A DNA stretch of 64,000 nt from Bacteroidales bacterium (lineage in GTDB: Bacteria; Bacteroidota; Bacteroidia; Bacteroidales; P3), in assembly GCA_017616895.1 (NCBI GenBank), contig JAFZXE010000027.1, positions 18,438 through 82,437 of the forward strand. Reading direction: 5' to 3'. How positions within the stretch are numbered: position 1 is the first letter of the stretch; the number at the start of each line of letters is the position of its first letter. Below the pieces are notes generated by a model that saw only the letters and a list, made by a program, of their open reading frames with translations, made no database searches and was not told the origin of the DNA. Below are positions 9,745-19,195 of the stretch, one piece after another. Position numbers and translations under genes: made by a program.

Positions 9745-11172
9745 ATGAGTTTGACAAAGAGTCATATTGTCACATGGTTGGGAGACATCCGTTTTTGGAT
9801 AGTTGTCCTGGCTCTGCTACGGCTATATGGCATTGTCAACCCTCCATTGGAGGTGTCTCACTCATGGCGGCAGACTACTGTTGCGATGGTGTCCCGTAAC
9901 TACTATGAGGTTGACCCCGATATTCTATATCCGCGCATTGATATTGGTGGAGACCTTACTGGCATTACCGGCATGGAGTTTCCCCTGCTGAATTGGCTGA
10001 TATATCTATTTTCGCTGCTGTTCGGCTTCCACGAATGGTTCGGCCGTTTGATCAATTTGGTGGTGACGAGCGTGGGATGCTGGTATTTCTATTTGTTGAT
10101 AAAGTCGTTCTTCAATGATCGTCATGCTTTCTGTGCAACACTGATTCTATGCACCTCATTATGGTTCGCCTATGCTCGTAAGATTATGCCTGACACTTTT
10201 TCCATGTCTCTCGTCATCATAGGCATTTACTATGGTACGGATTACTTGTTGCATGATCGTAGACGCTTCGGGAGCCTTATCGCCTATGTGTTGATAACGA
10301 TGGCTGGCGTGTTGTCCAAATTGCCGTCGGGCTACATTTTGGTCGTGTTTTTGCCATTATTGCTGACCAAGACCGTGCCGCTTCATCGCAAAGTTTGGTT
10401 CTTTGCTCTCTCGGTGCTCATGATGCTGCCTGTGGCTTGGTGGTACTTTCTTTGGGTGCCGCATCTGGTAGAAAACTATGGTTTGCGACATTTTTTTATG
10501 GGAGAAGGCATTGGTCAAGGAATGAGTGAGATATGGCACCATTTGGGACGTACCTTGTACAGGTTTTATGACAACGCTCTTAAGTATATCGGCTTTGCTG
10601 TTTTTGCTTTCGGTTTAGCGATGGCGTTTGTCCGCCGGCAGAAGTTGTTGCTTCGTCTCTTAGGACTGGCTTTTGCCGCTTTCCTGTTTGTAATGTTCGT
10701 TTCGGGCCAAACATTCGTCAAACACGACTATTATGTAGTTCCGTTTGTGCCTGTGATGGCTATGGCGGCTGGCTATGGCGTGTCGCTCATCAACAAGTCA
10801 GCCTGGCGGGCTGTTTTGCTGTCAGCAGTGGCTTTGGAGAACATCTTAAACCATCACAGTCAGTTTGTCATACCCGACAACCGGCAACCGGTGTTGGCTT
10901 TGGAGCATGTGTTCGACAGCCTCTCCGATCGTAACGACTTGATATGCGTCAACAGCGGTCAGGATCCAACGGTTATGTACTTCACTCATCGTAAAGGTTG
11001 GGTCGTCTCAAACGAGCAGTTATTGGATGAGACGTTTAGAAACGACATCCGTCGGCGTGGGTGTAAGTATATGCTTGTGATGAAGCAGGTGTTTGGTGGC
11101 AATGTCGTGTTGCCAATGCGGCGCCTTGTCGATAATGAGAATTATACAATATATCGTTTTTCTGAAGAATAA
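9745..11172 (+). CDS. polytopic membrane glycosyltransferase (GT39 / ArnT-PMT_2-like)
   Basis: 475 aa with about 11 predicted TM helices and a soluble C-terminal domain. The architecture resembles ArnT/PMT-family lipid-linked-sugar transferases. Assigned from architecture only. Confidence 0.5.
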   Translation: MSLTKSHIVTWLGDIRFWIVVLALLRLYGIVNPPLEVSHSWRQTTVAMVSRNYYEVDPDILYPRIDIGGDLTGITGMEFPLLNWLIYLFSLLFGFHEWFGRLINLVVTSVGCWYFYLLIKSFFNDRHAFCATLILCTSLWFAYARKIMPDTFSMSLVIIGIYYGTDYLLHDRRRFGSLIAYVLITMAGVLSKLPSGYILVVFLPLLLTKTVPLHRKVWFFALSVLMMLPVAWWYFLWVPHLVENYGLRHFFMGEGIGQGMSEIWHHLGRTLYRFYDNALKYIGFAVFAFGLAMAFVRRQKLLLRLLGLAFAAFLFVMFVSGQTFVKHDYYVVPFVPVMAMAAGYGVSLINKSAWRAVLLSAVALENILNHHSQFVIPDNRQPVLALEHVFDSLSDRNDLICVNSGQDPTVMYFTHRKGWVVSNEQLLDETFRNDIRRRGCKYMLVMKQVFGGNVVLPMRRLVDNENYTIYRFSEE

Positions 11173-11180
11173 ATACCAAT

Positions 11181-11259
11181 ATCCATCAACATAAAACATA
11201 TCAACATATCAACATAAAACCTATCAACAGTAAAAGTAAAAAGTAAACGGTAAACAACC
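11181..11259. repeat. word array (CATATCAAC family, then GTAAA(A/C) family)
   Basis: ATCCATCAACATAAAACATATCAACATATCAACATAAAACCTATCAACAGTAAAAGTAAAAAGTAAACGGTAAAC, directly upstream of pheT. Confidence 0.9.
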
Positions 11260-11268
11260 TATACAACT

Positions 11269-13758
11269 ATGAATATATCCTACAAATGGCTTAAGGATTA
11301 TGTCGATTATGGCGACATGACGCCTGAACAACTTGACGAATTGCTGACCTTCTCGGGTCTTGAGGTGGAAGGCATAGAGAAAGTAGAGACCATAAAAGGC
11401 GGATTGGAGCATGTGGTGATTGCACAGGTTTTGACCTGCGAACCTCATCCCGACAGCGACCACCTGCACCTCACCACCGTCGATGTGGGCGGCGAGCGCC
11501 CTCTCAATATCGTCTGCGGCGCACCCAATGTGGCTGCCGGACAGAAGGTGGTGTGCGCCCAGATTGGCACCAAGATATATACCTCCGACACCGAGTTCTA
11601 TGAGATAAAGAAAGGCAAACTGCGCGGCGCCGTGAGCGAGGGAATGCTTTGTGCTGCCGACGAGCTACAGCTGGGCAGCGACCACGCCGGCATCATGGTT
11701 CTGCCCGACGACGCTCCTGTCGGTATGCCCGCCAAGGAGTATTTCCATGTCGAGGAAGACTATGTGCTCGAGGTGGCTATCACAGCCAACCGTAGCGACG
11801 CCACAAGCCATGTCGGCGTGGCTCGCGATGTGGTGGCTGTATTGAACACCCGCAACTCTGCAGGTCTGAAACTGCAGATACCGCCTGTCACAGCTCCGCT
11901 GGTGCCAAAAACAACCGACGGCGCGATAAGCGTCACCGTCGAACGTCCCGAACTCTGTCCTCGTTACACGGGCATCACCCTGCGCGGTGTTAAGGTCGCC
12001 GAATCTCCCGACTGGCTTCAAAACCGGCTACGCACAGTCGGCATCCGTCCGATAAACAACATCGTCGATGTCACCAACTATATCCTCATGGAGATTGGTC
12101 AGCCAATGCACGCCTTCGACGCCGACCGCATCAGCGGCAACCAGGTGGTCGTTAAGTGTATGCCTACTGGCACACCTTTCGTCACCCTCGACGGAGTGGA
12201 ACGCAAACTCGACGAAAACGACCTGATGATATGCAATGCCGATGAGCCCATGTGCATAGCTGGCGTATTCGGCGGCGAGAAGAGCGGCGTGACGATGCAG
12301 ACGACCAACATATTCCTCGAAAGCGCCTACTTCAATCCCGTGACCGTCCGCAAGACCTCCAAACGTCACGGCATCAAGACCGACGCCTCGTTCCGCTTCG
12401 AGCGCGGTTGCGACCCCAACATCACCATCTGGGCACTGCAACGGGCCGTCAAGCTCATACAGGAAATCGCCGGCGGCGACATCTGCGGCAATATGGTCGA
12501 TGAGTATCCGCAGCAGATCCACCGCGCCAATGTCGAAATCAACTTCAAGCGCGTGTTCGACCTCATCGGCAAGGAAATCCCCGTCGACGTCATCCGCACC
12601 GCACTCACCTCGCTCGGCATAGAGATAGTACGCGAAGAGAAAGACGGCATGTTCCTCAAGATTCCCACCTGCAAAGTCGATGTCTATCGCGAATGCGACG
12701 TGGTCGAGGAGATCATGCGCATCTACGGCTACAACAATATCACCTTCGACCAGCGGCTCAACAGCTGCCTCTCATACGGCAAGAAGCCTAACCCCCGCAA
12801 ACTGCAGAACCGCGTGTCCGACTATCTGTCCGACAACGGCTTCTTCGAGATAATGAACAACTCCCTCACCAAGAGTGAGTACTACGAGGGCAATCCCGAC
12901 TTCGACTCCGCAAACAACGTGGTCATCCTCAACCCGCTCAGCAAAGAGCTCAACGTCATGCGCCAGACCCTCCTCTACAGCGGCCTCGAGTGCGTGGTGA
13001 GAAACATCAACCACAAGTGTCTCGACCAAAAACTCTATGAGTTTGGCCGCACCTACCAGCTAAACCACGACTACATCCCCGTCGATGCAGGGTCGGTCGA
13101 TGTGACCAAGAAATACATCGAGACGCAGCATCTGTCTCTCTTCATGACCGGCGCCCTCTCGCCCGAAAACTGGAAACAGAAGCAGTCTCCCGTCGATTTC
13201 TACAACCTCAAGGAGTATGTGATGAACATCCTCTCCAGGATGCGCATCAACCTCTCGCGCCTCGAATTCTTACCGGCTGCAGAGAAATATTTTGCCGAAG
13301 GCTACGACATCCAGATGCGCGACAGCAAGAAACTCCTGCTCTCCTTCGGTCGCCTCTCCAAAGAGGTCCTCAAAAAGATGGATTGCAAGCAGGATGTCTT
13401 CTATGCCGACTTCAACTGGTCGCTCATGCTCAAAAACTATCCCGACAAAGAGGTTACCTATCGCGAGCTGCCCAAGTTCCCCGAGGTGCGACGCGACTTG
13501 GCTCTGGTCATCGACAATGGCGTCACCTTCGCCGAGATCGAGCGTGTCGCCTATTCCTCCGAGAAGAAACTGCTCAAGAGCGTCTCGCTCTTCGACGTCT
13601 ATGAAGGCAAAGGCATCGAGGAAGGCAAGAAATCGTATGCCGTCAGCTTCATCCTTCAGGACAACGACAAGACTCTCAACGACAAGCAAATCGAAGCCGT
13701 GATGACAAAACTCCAGTCCAACCTCGAAAAACAACTCGGGGCTAAAATCCGCAGCTGA
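11269..13758 (+). CDS. pheT: phenylalanine--tRNA ligase beta subunit
   Basis: 829 aa with an N-terminal tRNA-binding (EMAP-like) domain, B3/4 and B5 domains, and a C-terminal FDX-ACB domain (SLFDVYEGKGI). Confidence 0.95.
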   Translation: MNISYKWLKDYVDYGDMTPEQLDELLTFSGLEVEGIEKVETIKGGLEHVVIAQVLTCEPHPDSDHLHLTTVDVGGERPLNIVCGAPNVAAGQKVVCAQIGTKIYTSDTEFYEIKKGKLRGAVSEGMLCAADELQLGSDHAGIMVLPDDAPVGMPAKEYFHVEEDYVLEVAITANRSDATSHVGVARDVVAVLNTRNSAGLKLQIPPVTAPLVPKTTDGAISVTVERPELCPRYTGITLRGVKVAESPDWLQNRLRTVGIRPINNIVDVTNYILMEIGQPMHAFDADRISGNQVVVKCMPTGTPFVTLDGVERKLDENDLMICNADEPMCIAGVFGGEKSGVTMQTTNIFLESAYFNPVTVRKTSKRHGIKTDASFRFERGCDPNITIWALQRAVKLIQEIAGGDICGNMVDEYPQQIHRANVEINFKRVFDLIGKEIPVDVIRTALTSLGIEIVREEKDGMFLKIPTCKVDVYRECDVVEEIMRIYGYNNITFDQRLNSCLSYGKKPNPRKLQNRVSDYLSDNGFFEIMNNSLTKSEYYEGNPDFDSANNVVILNPLSKELNVMRQTLLYSGLECVVRNINHKCLDQKLYEFGRTYQLNHDYIPVDAGSVDVTKKYIETQHLSLFMTGALSPENWKQKQSPVDFYNLKEYVMNILSRMRINLSRLEFLPAAEKYFAEGYDIQMRDSKKLLLSFGRLSKEVLKKMDCKQDVFYADFNWSLMLKNYPDKEVTYRELPKFPEVRRDLALVIDNGVTFAEIERVAYSSEKKLLKSVSLFDVYEGKGIEEGKKSYAVSFILQDNDKTLNDKQIEAVMTKLQSNLEKQLGAKIRS

Positions 13759-13769
13759 TCAGCAGTTAG

Positions 13770-13783
13770 GTGCGTGCCCGCAC
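13770..13783 (+). repeat. stop-proximal palindromic motif GTGCGTGCCCGCAC
   Basis: Stem GTGCG/CGCAC with a 4-nt loop, 12 nt after the pheT stop. The identical 14-mer (reverse strand) is at 57986-57999 and 59184-59197. A 1-mismatch copy is at 24212-24225 and a variant is at 15448-15461. Confidence 0.85.
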
Positions 13784-13921
13784 TTTAAGGTTTAAAAGGT
13801 TTAAAAGGGTTCAAACAATCAACAGGTCACAGATCACAGGTCACATATCAACATATCAACAGAAAACATATCAACATATCAACGGTAAACATATCAACAT
13901 ATCAACAGTAAACCCATCAAC
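13784..13921. repeat. composite word array (AAGGTTTAA, TTCAAAC, GGTCACA, CATATCAAC modules)
   Basis: Read directly. The exact 30-mer CGCACTTTAAGGTTTAAAAGGTTTAAAAGG (13779-13808) recurs at 15457-15486. The exact 30-mer AAAAGGGTTCAAACAATCAACAGGTCACAG (13803-13832) recurs at 14386-14415. Confidence 0.95.
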
Positions 13922-13927
13922 ATCCCA

Positions 13928-14344
13928 ATGCTCGGACTTTTAAAATATGATGTGAAAGTGCTTCTCGCGTTGCAGCAGGCCATGAGGGGGAAGGACGACT
14001 TCTTCAACTGGCTGGTCAATGCGGGCTATCCTGAGCTTGCGGCTTTCTACAATCTTATCGAGGAAGACGAGGAGGCTGAGGCTTGGTTGGTGAAACATGG
14101 CTACCATTGGCTGGGTCTTTTAAGTCACGCCATCGACGGCGAGGATGCAGCGAGAGCGTGGGTGTTGAAAAACCTCCACCGCGCCAACTTCATGTTCTGC
14201 ATGGCTTGCAGGAAAGACGATCTGGCTATATCGTGGCTCAGACAGATGAAACTCGAAGTATTGCTGCGACTGGCACAGGAGGTCGCCGACATCAGAAAAA
14301 AGCAAGAGTCCGATGCCGCCTTCCCCTACAAGATGAGATTTTAA
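13928..14344 (+). CDS. hypothetical protein (138 aa)
   Basis: Clean ORF with ATG and composition like its neighbours. No recognisable motif. Flanked on both sides by composite word arrays. Confidence 0.5.
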   Translation: MLGLLKYDVKVLLALQQAMRGKDDFFNWLVNAGYPELAAFYNLIEEDEEAEAWLVKHGYHWLGLLSHAIDGEDAARAWVLKNLHRANFMFCMACRKDDLAISWLRQMKLEVLLRLAQEVADIRKKQESDAAFPYKMRF

Positions 14345-14440
14345 GGTTTGAAAGGTTCAAAAGGTTTAAAAGGTTTAAAGGGTTCAAAAGGGTTCAAACA
14401 ATCAACAGGTCACAGGTCAACATATTAACGCAATTACACA
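14342..14440. repeat. composite word array (AAGGTTTAA, GGTCACA, TTAACGCAAT modules)
   Basis: Begins at the stop codon of the 138-aa ORF and contains the 30-mer shared with 13803-13832. Confidence 0.95.
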
Positions 14441-14452
14441 AAATAAATAATA

Positions 14453-15442
14453 GTGAACAAGGATAAAAAACCACGCAGTAACGATTCGTCTCGCCCGACA
14501 AGGCGCCCCAAGACCGATGGAAAGCCGTCGGAGCAGCGGAAGCGTGCCTTCAAGAAAGACGATCGGCCCGCAAAGAAGAGTTTTGCCGACAAGCCATCTC
14601 GTGGCCGTTCCGAAAAGACCGACAGGCAGGAGAGGGGAGAGCACAAGTCGTTTGAACGCAGGCCTGCTGTTAGAGCTGTCGGCGGCGAGAGACCTGCTGT
14701 AAGGAAGCCTTCGGTACGGAAAACCGATAAAGATACTGTTCGTCTGAACAAATATATCGCCAACGCGGGCATCTGCAGCCGTCGTGAGGCCGACAAACTC
14801 ATCGAAGCCGGCAGCGTCAAAGTCAACGGACAGGTTGTTACTCAGATGGGCTTTCAGGTCAGGCCTGGCGATGTCGTCTCCTACGGTGGCGAGACACTCA
14901 GTACCGAGGCAAAACGCTATTTCCTCATGAACAAGCCCAAAGGCTATATCACCACTGTCGATGACCCGCAAGAGCGCAAGACTGTCATGATGCTCATCGA
15001 CGGAGCATGCCGCGAGCGCATCTATCCCGTAGGCCGTCTCGACCGCAACACCACAGGACTTCTCCTTTTTACCAACGACGGCGAGCTGGCGCGCAAACTT
15101 ACACATCCTTCCACGATGGTATATAAGGTCTATCAGGTGGAGCTGAACAAAGCAGTCACTCGCGACGATATGAAGAAGATGCTCGAAGGCATTGAACTTG
15201 AGGACGGCATGATAAAGGTTGACGACGTGCAGTATGCCGAAGGGTTCAACGACAAACGCGTAGTGGGTGTCGCACTCCATTCGGGACGCAACCGCATCGT
15301 GCGCCGCATCTTCGAACATCTCGGCTACGAGGTGCACAAACTCGACCGCGTCATCTTTGCCGGACTCACCAAGAAAGACCTGCCACGTGGCCGCTACCGC
15401 GAGCTTACCGACAAAGAAGTCGGCTTCCTAAAGATGGTGTGA
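14453..15442 (+). CDS. rluB: 23S rRNA pseudouridine synthase, RluB/RsuA family, with basic N-terminal extension
   Basis: S4 domain (RLNKYIANAGICSRREADKLI) and catalytic motif GRLDRNTTGLLLFTNDG. An N-terminal low-complexity segment of about 95 aa is K/R/P-rich. The GTG start is provisional. Confidence 0.8.
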   Translation: MNKDKKPRSNDSSRPTRRPKTDGKPSEQRKRAFKKDDRPAKKSFADKPSRGRSEKTDRQERGEHKSFERRPAVRAVGGERPAVRKPSVRKTDKDTVRLNKYIANAGICSRREADKLIEAGSVKVNGQVVTQMGFQVRPGDVVSYGGETLSTEAKRYFLMNKPKGYITTVDDPQERKTVMMLIDGACRERIYPVGRLDRNTTGLLLFTNDGELARKLTHPSTMVYKVYQVELNKAVTRDDMKKMLEGIELEDGMIKVDDVQYAEGFNDKRVVGVALHSGRNRIVRRIFEHLGYEVHKLDRVIFAGLTKKDLPRGRYRELTDKEVGFLKMV

Positions 15443-15447
15443 GTTGG

Positions 15448-15461
15448 GTGCGAGCTCGCAC
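15448..15461 (+). repeat. stop-proximal palindromic motif variant GTGCGAGCTCGCAC
   Basis: Perfect 14-nt palindrome 6 nt after the rluB stop. It is followed by the same TTTAAGGTTTAAAAGG array seen after pheT. Confidence 0.85.
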
Positions 15462-15555
15462 TTTAAGGTTTAAAAGGTTTAAAAGGTTTGAAACATTCAA
15501 ACGTATCAACATATCAACATATTAACGCAATCACGCAATAACACATTAACACAAT
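15462..15555. repeat. composite word array (AAGGTTTAA, TTCAAAC, TATCAAC, TTAACGCAAT modules)
   Basis: TTTAAGGTTTAAAAGGTTTAAAAGGTTTGAAACATTCAAACGTATCAACATATCAACATATTAACGCAATCACGCAATAACACATTAACACAAT, ending 5 nt before the aspS ATG. Confidence 0.95.
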
Positions 15556-15560
15556 AAAAA

Positions 15561-17312
15561 ATGTATCGTACAAACACTTGTGGAGAATTAAATATATCGA
15601 ATGTCGGACAGCAGGTCACCCTTTGCGGATGGCTTCAGCGTAGTCGTGATCTCGGCGGTATGACCTTCATCGACCTTCGCGACCGCTACGGCATCACCCA
15701 GCTTGCTTTCAACATGGAGACTGATGCAACCCTCTGTGAGCAGGCTCGTCGCCTAGGACGTGAATACGTGCTGCAGGTCACTGGCACCGTCATCGAGCGC
15801 TCATCAAAAAACGCCAAAATACCCACTGGCGAGATTGAGATCCAAGTCTCCAAACTCACCGTACTCAACGAGTCGAAAGTGCCACCTTTTACCATTGAGG
15901 ACCAGAGCGATGGCGGCGACGACCTGCGTATGAAATACCGCTACCTCGACATCCGTCGCAACCCCGTCAAGAACAACCTCATATTGCGTCATCAGATGGC
16001 CATGCTCGTGCGCAACTACCTCAGCTCGCAGAACTTCCTGGAGATAGAGACTCCCATGCTCATCAAATCGACACCCGAAGGCGCACGCGACTTCGTGGTG
16101 CCCAGCCGTATGAATCCCGGCGAGTTCTACGCCCTTCCGCAAAGCCCACAGCAGTACAAACAGTTGCTTATGGTCGCCGGAATGGACCGCTATTTTCAAA
16201 TTGTCCGTTGTTTCCGCGACGAAGACCTCCGCGCCGACCGTCAGCCTGAATTCACGCAGATCGACTGCGAGATGTCGTTTGTCGAGCAGGAAGACGTCCT
16301 GCAGATGTTCGAGGGTTTGGCCAAGCACCTTTTCAAAGAGATGAAAGGACTTGAATTTGGAAAGTTCGAACGCATCTCCTGGCACGACGCGATGCGCCTC
16401 TACGGCAGCGACAAGCCCGACAAACGCTTCGGCATGGAGTTTGTCGAGGTCAACGATGTCGTCAAAGGACACGGCTTCGGATTGTTCGACAACGCACCGC
16501 TCGTCGTCGGCATCTGCGCTGCTGGCTGTGCCGAATACACCCGCAAACAGCTCGACGAACTTACCGAGTTCGTAAAACGTCCGCAGGTGGGCGCCGGCGG
16601 TATGGTATATGTCAAATACAACGCCGACGGCACCTTCAAGTCGTCCGTCGATAAGTTCTACGGCCAGGACGACCTCAAGGCCCTCGCCGACAAGTTCGGT
16701 GCCCGTCCGGGCGACCTCATGCTCCTGCTTTGTGGCGAGCCCATGAAGACACGTGTGCAGCTCTGCGCCCTCCGCCTCGAGATGGGCAGCCGTCTCGGAC
16801 TCCGAGACCCGCAGAAGTATGCTCCGCTTTGGGTTGTCGATTTCCCGCTGCTCGAGTGGGACGACGAGACGCAGCGTTTCTACGCCATGCACCATCCCTT
16901 CACAGCTCCCAAACCAGAGGACGAACCGCTTTTGGACGATCCCAACCGTTGGGGAGACATCCGTGCCAACGCCTACGATATCGTCATCAACGGAGTCGAG
17001 GTGGGAGGCGGCTCCATCCGTATCCACGACCGTCAGCTGCAGAACAAGATGTTCCACACGCTGGGATTCACCGACGAGAGCGCCTACGCTCAGTTCGGCT
17101 TCCTCATGGATGCCTTCACCTACGGTGCGCCGCCACATGCAGGCCTCGCCTTCGGATTCGACCGCCTCTGCTCCATCTTCGGCGGCGTCGATTCAATACG
17201 CGACTTCATCGCCTTCCCCAAGAACAACAGCGGCCGCGACGTCATGAGTGGCAGTCCTTCGCCCATAGCTAAAGAACAGCTGGAGGAGCTGCAGATAGCT
17301 ATCAAAAGCTGA
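15561..17312 (+). CDS. aspS: aspartate--tRNA ligase
   Basis: 583 aa with an N-terminal OB anticodon domain, class II motifs ([26 protein letters not shown]) and the bacterial GAD insertion. Confidence 0.95.
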   Translation: MYRTNTCGELNISNVGQQVTLCGWLQRSRDLGGMTFIDLRDRYGITQLAFNMETDATLCEQARRLGREYVLQVTGTVIERSSKNAKIPTGEIEIQVSKLTVLNESKVPPFTIEDQSDGGDDLRMKYRYLDIRRNPVKNNLILRHQMAMLVRNYLSSQNFLEIETPMLIKSTPEGARDFVVPSRMNPGEFYALPQSPQQYKQLLMVAGMDRYFQIVRCFRDEDLRADRQPEFTQIDCEMSFVEQEDVLQMFEGLAKHLFKEMKGLEFGKFERISWHDAMRLYGSDKPDKRFGMEFVEVNDVVKGHGFGLFDNAPLVVGICAAGCAEYTRKQLDELTEFVKRPQVGAGGMVYVKYNADGTFKSSVDKFYGQDDLKALADKFGARPGDLMLLLCGEPMKTRVQLCALRLEMGSRLGLRDPQKYAPLWVVDFPLLEWDDETQRFYAMHHPFTAPKPEDEPLLDDPNRWGDIRANAYDIVINGVEVGGGSIRIHDRQLQNKMFHTLGFTDESAYAQFGFLMDAFTYGAPPHAGLAFGFDRLCSIFGGVDSIRDFIAFPKNNSGRDVMSGSPSPIAKEQLEELQIAIKS

Positions 17313-17356
17313 CACCACGTCCAAATACATTAACGCATTAACACATGCTTCCACCA

Positions 17357-17386
17357 AAAGCAGCCCAATACCTAGGGCTGCTTTTT
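17357..17386 (+). terminator. rho-independent terminator after aspS
   Basis: Stem AAAAGCAGCCC / GGGCTGCTTTT followed by a T-run. Confidence 0.8.
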
Positions 17387-17426
17387 CCATTTTCACTGCT
17401 TCCAAACACACTGACACAGTCCCTAA

Positions 17427-17455
17427 CTCTGTATCAACTCTGTATCAAGTCTGTG
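17427..17455. repeat. tandem word array CTCTGTATCAA x2.5
   Basis: Direct reading gives CTCTGTATCAACTCTGTATCAAGTCTGTG. Confidence 0.8.
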
Positions 17456-17577
17456 TTGGGACTTCACATCCATGACGACTGAAGACGATTTCCTATGTCG
17501 CACCCCTACCAGTACAGACCTTGAAAAAATGTTGATTAGTAGTTCATAAATGACCGGCCGAATCACAATATTTTGCG

Positions 17578-17585
17578 TATATTTG
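17578..17585 (+). promoter_or_regulatory. Bacteroidota -7 box (TATATTTG)
   Basis: Lies 32 nt upstream of the ATG at 17617. Confidence 0.6.
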
Positions 17586-17616
17586 CAGTTTATTATTAAA
17601 CCTTTCGCGCAGGCGT

Positions 17617-18132
17617 ATGGGAAAGATTATCAGAAGATATAAGTCGGAGATTCATGGCAACTACCGTGTGGCGTACCTTAAGTGGGGCTTGTTGACGGGT
17701 CTCGTGCTTTCTCTCTACTTGTTGGTCAGGCATTGGTCCGGTGCCCCATGCTCCACTCCCGCCGACTTGGGGAAGGACGGCTTGCTTGTGGTGGGGATAG
17801 CGGTGGCGATGTATTTCTACAGGAGGTCGCTGCAGGACGGGAAGGTTACGATGAAGGAGCTGCTGCTCATGGGTTTAGGTGCAGGCTTGGTGGCGGCGGT
17901 GGTGTATGGGTTGTTTGTGTGGCTGTATTGCGGGGTGATGTATCCGGAGATGACGGGTGTGTATGCGGAGCGGTTCAAGACGGAGGAGTCGGCGGCGGAG
18001 GGCTATGTGGCTGCGTTGAACCCTGGGATGTGGGCGCTGATGTTCGGCTTCGTGAACACTTTTCTGACGTCTATAATCGTGACGTTCTTCGGTGCGCTTG
18101 TGTTCAGGACGGAGAAGGCGGATCGGGTGTGA
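17617..18132 (+). CDS. small integral membrane protein (DUF4199-like)
   Basis: 171 aa with 4 predicted TM helices, directly upstream of a GT2 gene as is common for DUF4199 in Bacteroidales. The family assignment is from memory. Confidence 0.5.
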   Translation: MGKIIRRYKSEIHGNYRVAYLKWGLLTGLVLSLYLLVRHWSGAPCSTPADLGKDGLLVVGIAVAMYFYRRSLQDGKVTMKELLLMGLGAGLVAAVVYGLFVWLYCGVMYPEMTGVYAERFKTEESAAEGYVAALNPGMWALMFGFVNTFLTSIIVTFFGALVFRTEKADRV

Positions 18133-18208
18133 GTTTTAAGTTTTAAGCTGTAAGTTTTAAGTAATCATATCAACGTATCAACATATCAACAGAAAACTTA
18201 TCAACATT
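18133..18208. repeat. word array (GCTGTAAGTTTTAAG then CATATCAAC family)
   Basis: GTTTTAAGTTTTAAGCTGTAAGTTTTAAGTAATCATATCAACGTATCAACATATCAACAGAAAACTTATCAAC. It shares 15-mers with 40838-40869. Confidence 0.9.
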
Positions 18209-18215
18209 TTAAACT

Positions 18216-19148
18216 ATGGATATTTCGATTATAGTACCTTTGTACAATGAGGAGGAGTCGTTGCCGCATCTGGCGGAGTGGATCGACCGCGTGATGGTTG
18301 AACACGGGTTCGACTATGAGGTGGTGATGGTGGACGACGGCAGCAACGACGGCTCGTGGAACGTGGTGGAGGGCCTGCATAACGCCAACCCACGCTACAG
18401 GGGAGTGAAGTTCCGCAGGAACTATGGTAAGTCGGCGGCGTTGAACGTGGGATTCGGCGTGGCTCAGGGCGACGTGGTGATAACTATGGACGCCGACCTG
18501 CAGGACAGCCCCGACGAGGTGCCTGAACTCTACCGCATGATAAAAGAGGAGGGCTACGACCTGGTGAGCGGATGGAAGAAGAAACGCTACGACTCGAAGC
18601 TGGCGAAGAACATCCCGTCGAAGTTTTTCAACTGGACGACGCGAAAGATGAGCGGCATAAAGCTGCACGACTTCAACTGCGGCTTGAAGGCATACAGGAA
18701 GGATGTGGTGAAGTCGATAGAGGTCTATGGCGAGATGCACAGATATATACCTGTGATTGCCAAATGGGCGGGATTCAAGAAGATAGGGGAGAAGGTGGTG
18801 CAGCACAGAAAGAGGGAGTTCGGTGTGACGAAATTCGGGATGGACCGCTTCGTGAACGGGTATCTCGACCTGATGAGCATCATGTTTATGTCGAAGTTCG
18901 GCAAGCAGCCGATGCATTTCTTCGGCTTGGTGGGCAGCGTGGCGTTCATGTTCGGATTTGTGGCGCTGGTGGTGGTTCTGGCGCTACGTTTGGCTCACGT
19001 CATAGCTTTGACTCGCAGCGTATGGTTCTTCCTGTCCATGTTCTTCACCATGATGGGATTGGTCCTTTTCCTGGCGGGGTTCATAGGCGAGCTTGTCTGC
19101 CGCAACTCCTCGACCAGAAACACCTACCTTATAGAAAAAGAAATCTAG
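18216..19148 (+). CDS. family 2 glycosyltransferase (polyprenyl-phosphate sugar synthase type)
   Basis: GT-A motifs SIIVPLYNEE, VDDGSNDGS and DADLQD, plus two C-terminal TM helices as in DPM1/ArnC/GtrB-type enzymes. Confidence 0.85.
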   Translation: MDISIIVPLYNEEESLPHLAEWIDRVMVEHGFDYEVVMVDDGSNDGSWNVVEGLHNANPRYRGVKFRRNYGKSAALNVGFGVAQGDVVITMDADLQDSPDEVPELYRMIKEEGYDLVSGWKKKRYDSKLAKNIPSKFFNWTTRKMSGIKLHDFNCGLKAYRKDVVKSIEVYGEMHRYIPVIAKWAGFKKIGEKVVQHRKREFGVTKFGMDRFVNGYLDLMSIMFMSKFGKQPMHFFGLVGSVAFMFGFVALVVVLALRLAHVIALTRSVWFFLSMFFTMMGLVLFLAGFIGELVCRNSSTRNTYLIEKEI

Positions 19149-19195
19149 TGGTCAGTGGTCGGCATCTAAAACAATAACACATTCAAACATTCAAC
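19149..19195. repeat. word array (TGGTCAGTGG; CAATAACACATTCAAACATTCAAC)
   Basis: Fills the whole spacer between the GT2 stop and the next start. Confidence 0.8.

Noticed and set aside
14453-14740. The K/R/P-rich ~95-aa N-terminal extension of RluB as a novel domain or a mis-called start.
   Set aside because: Basic low-complexity extensions are common on RluB-type synthases. There is no in-frame ATG before the S4 domain, so the GTG (or a nearby alternative start) is the simplest reading.
13784-15555. The tandem word arrays as possible CRISPR arrays.
   Set aside because: The units are only 7-12 nt and directly abut each other. There are no 25-40 nt unique spacers between constant 25-40 nt repeats, and no cas genes are in the window.
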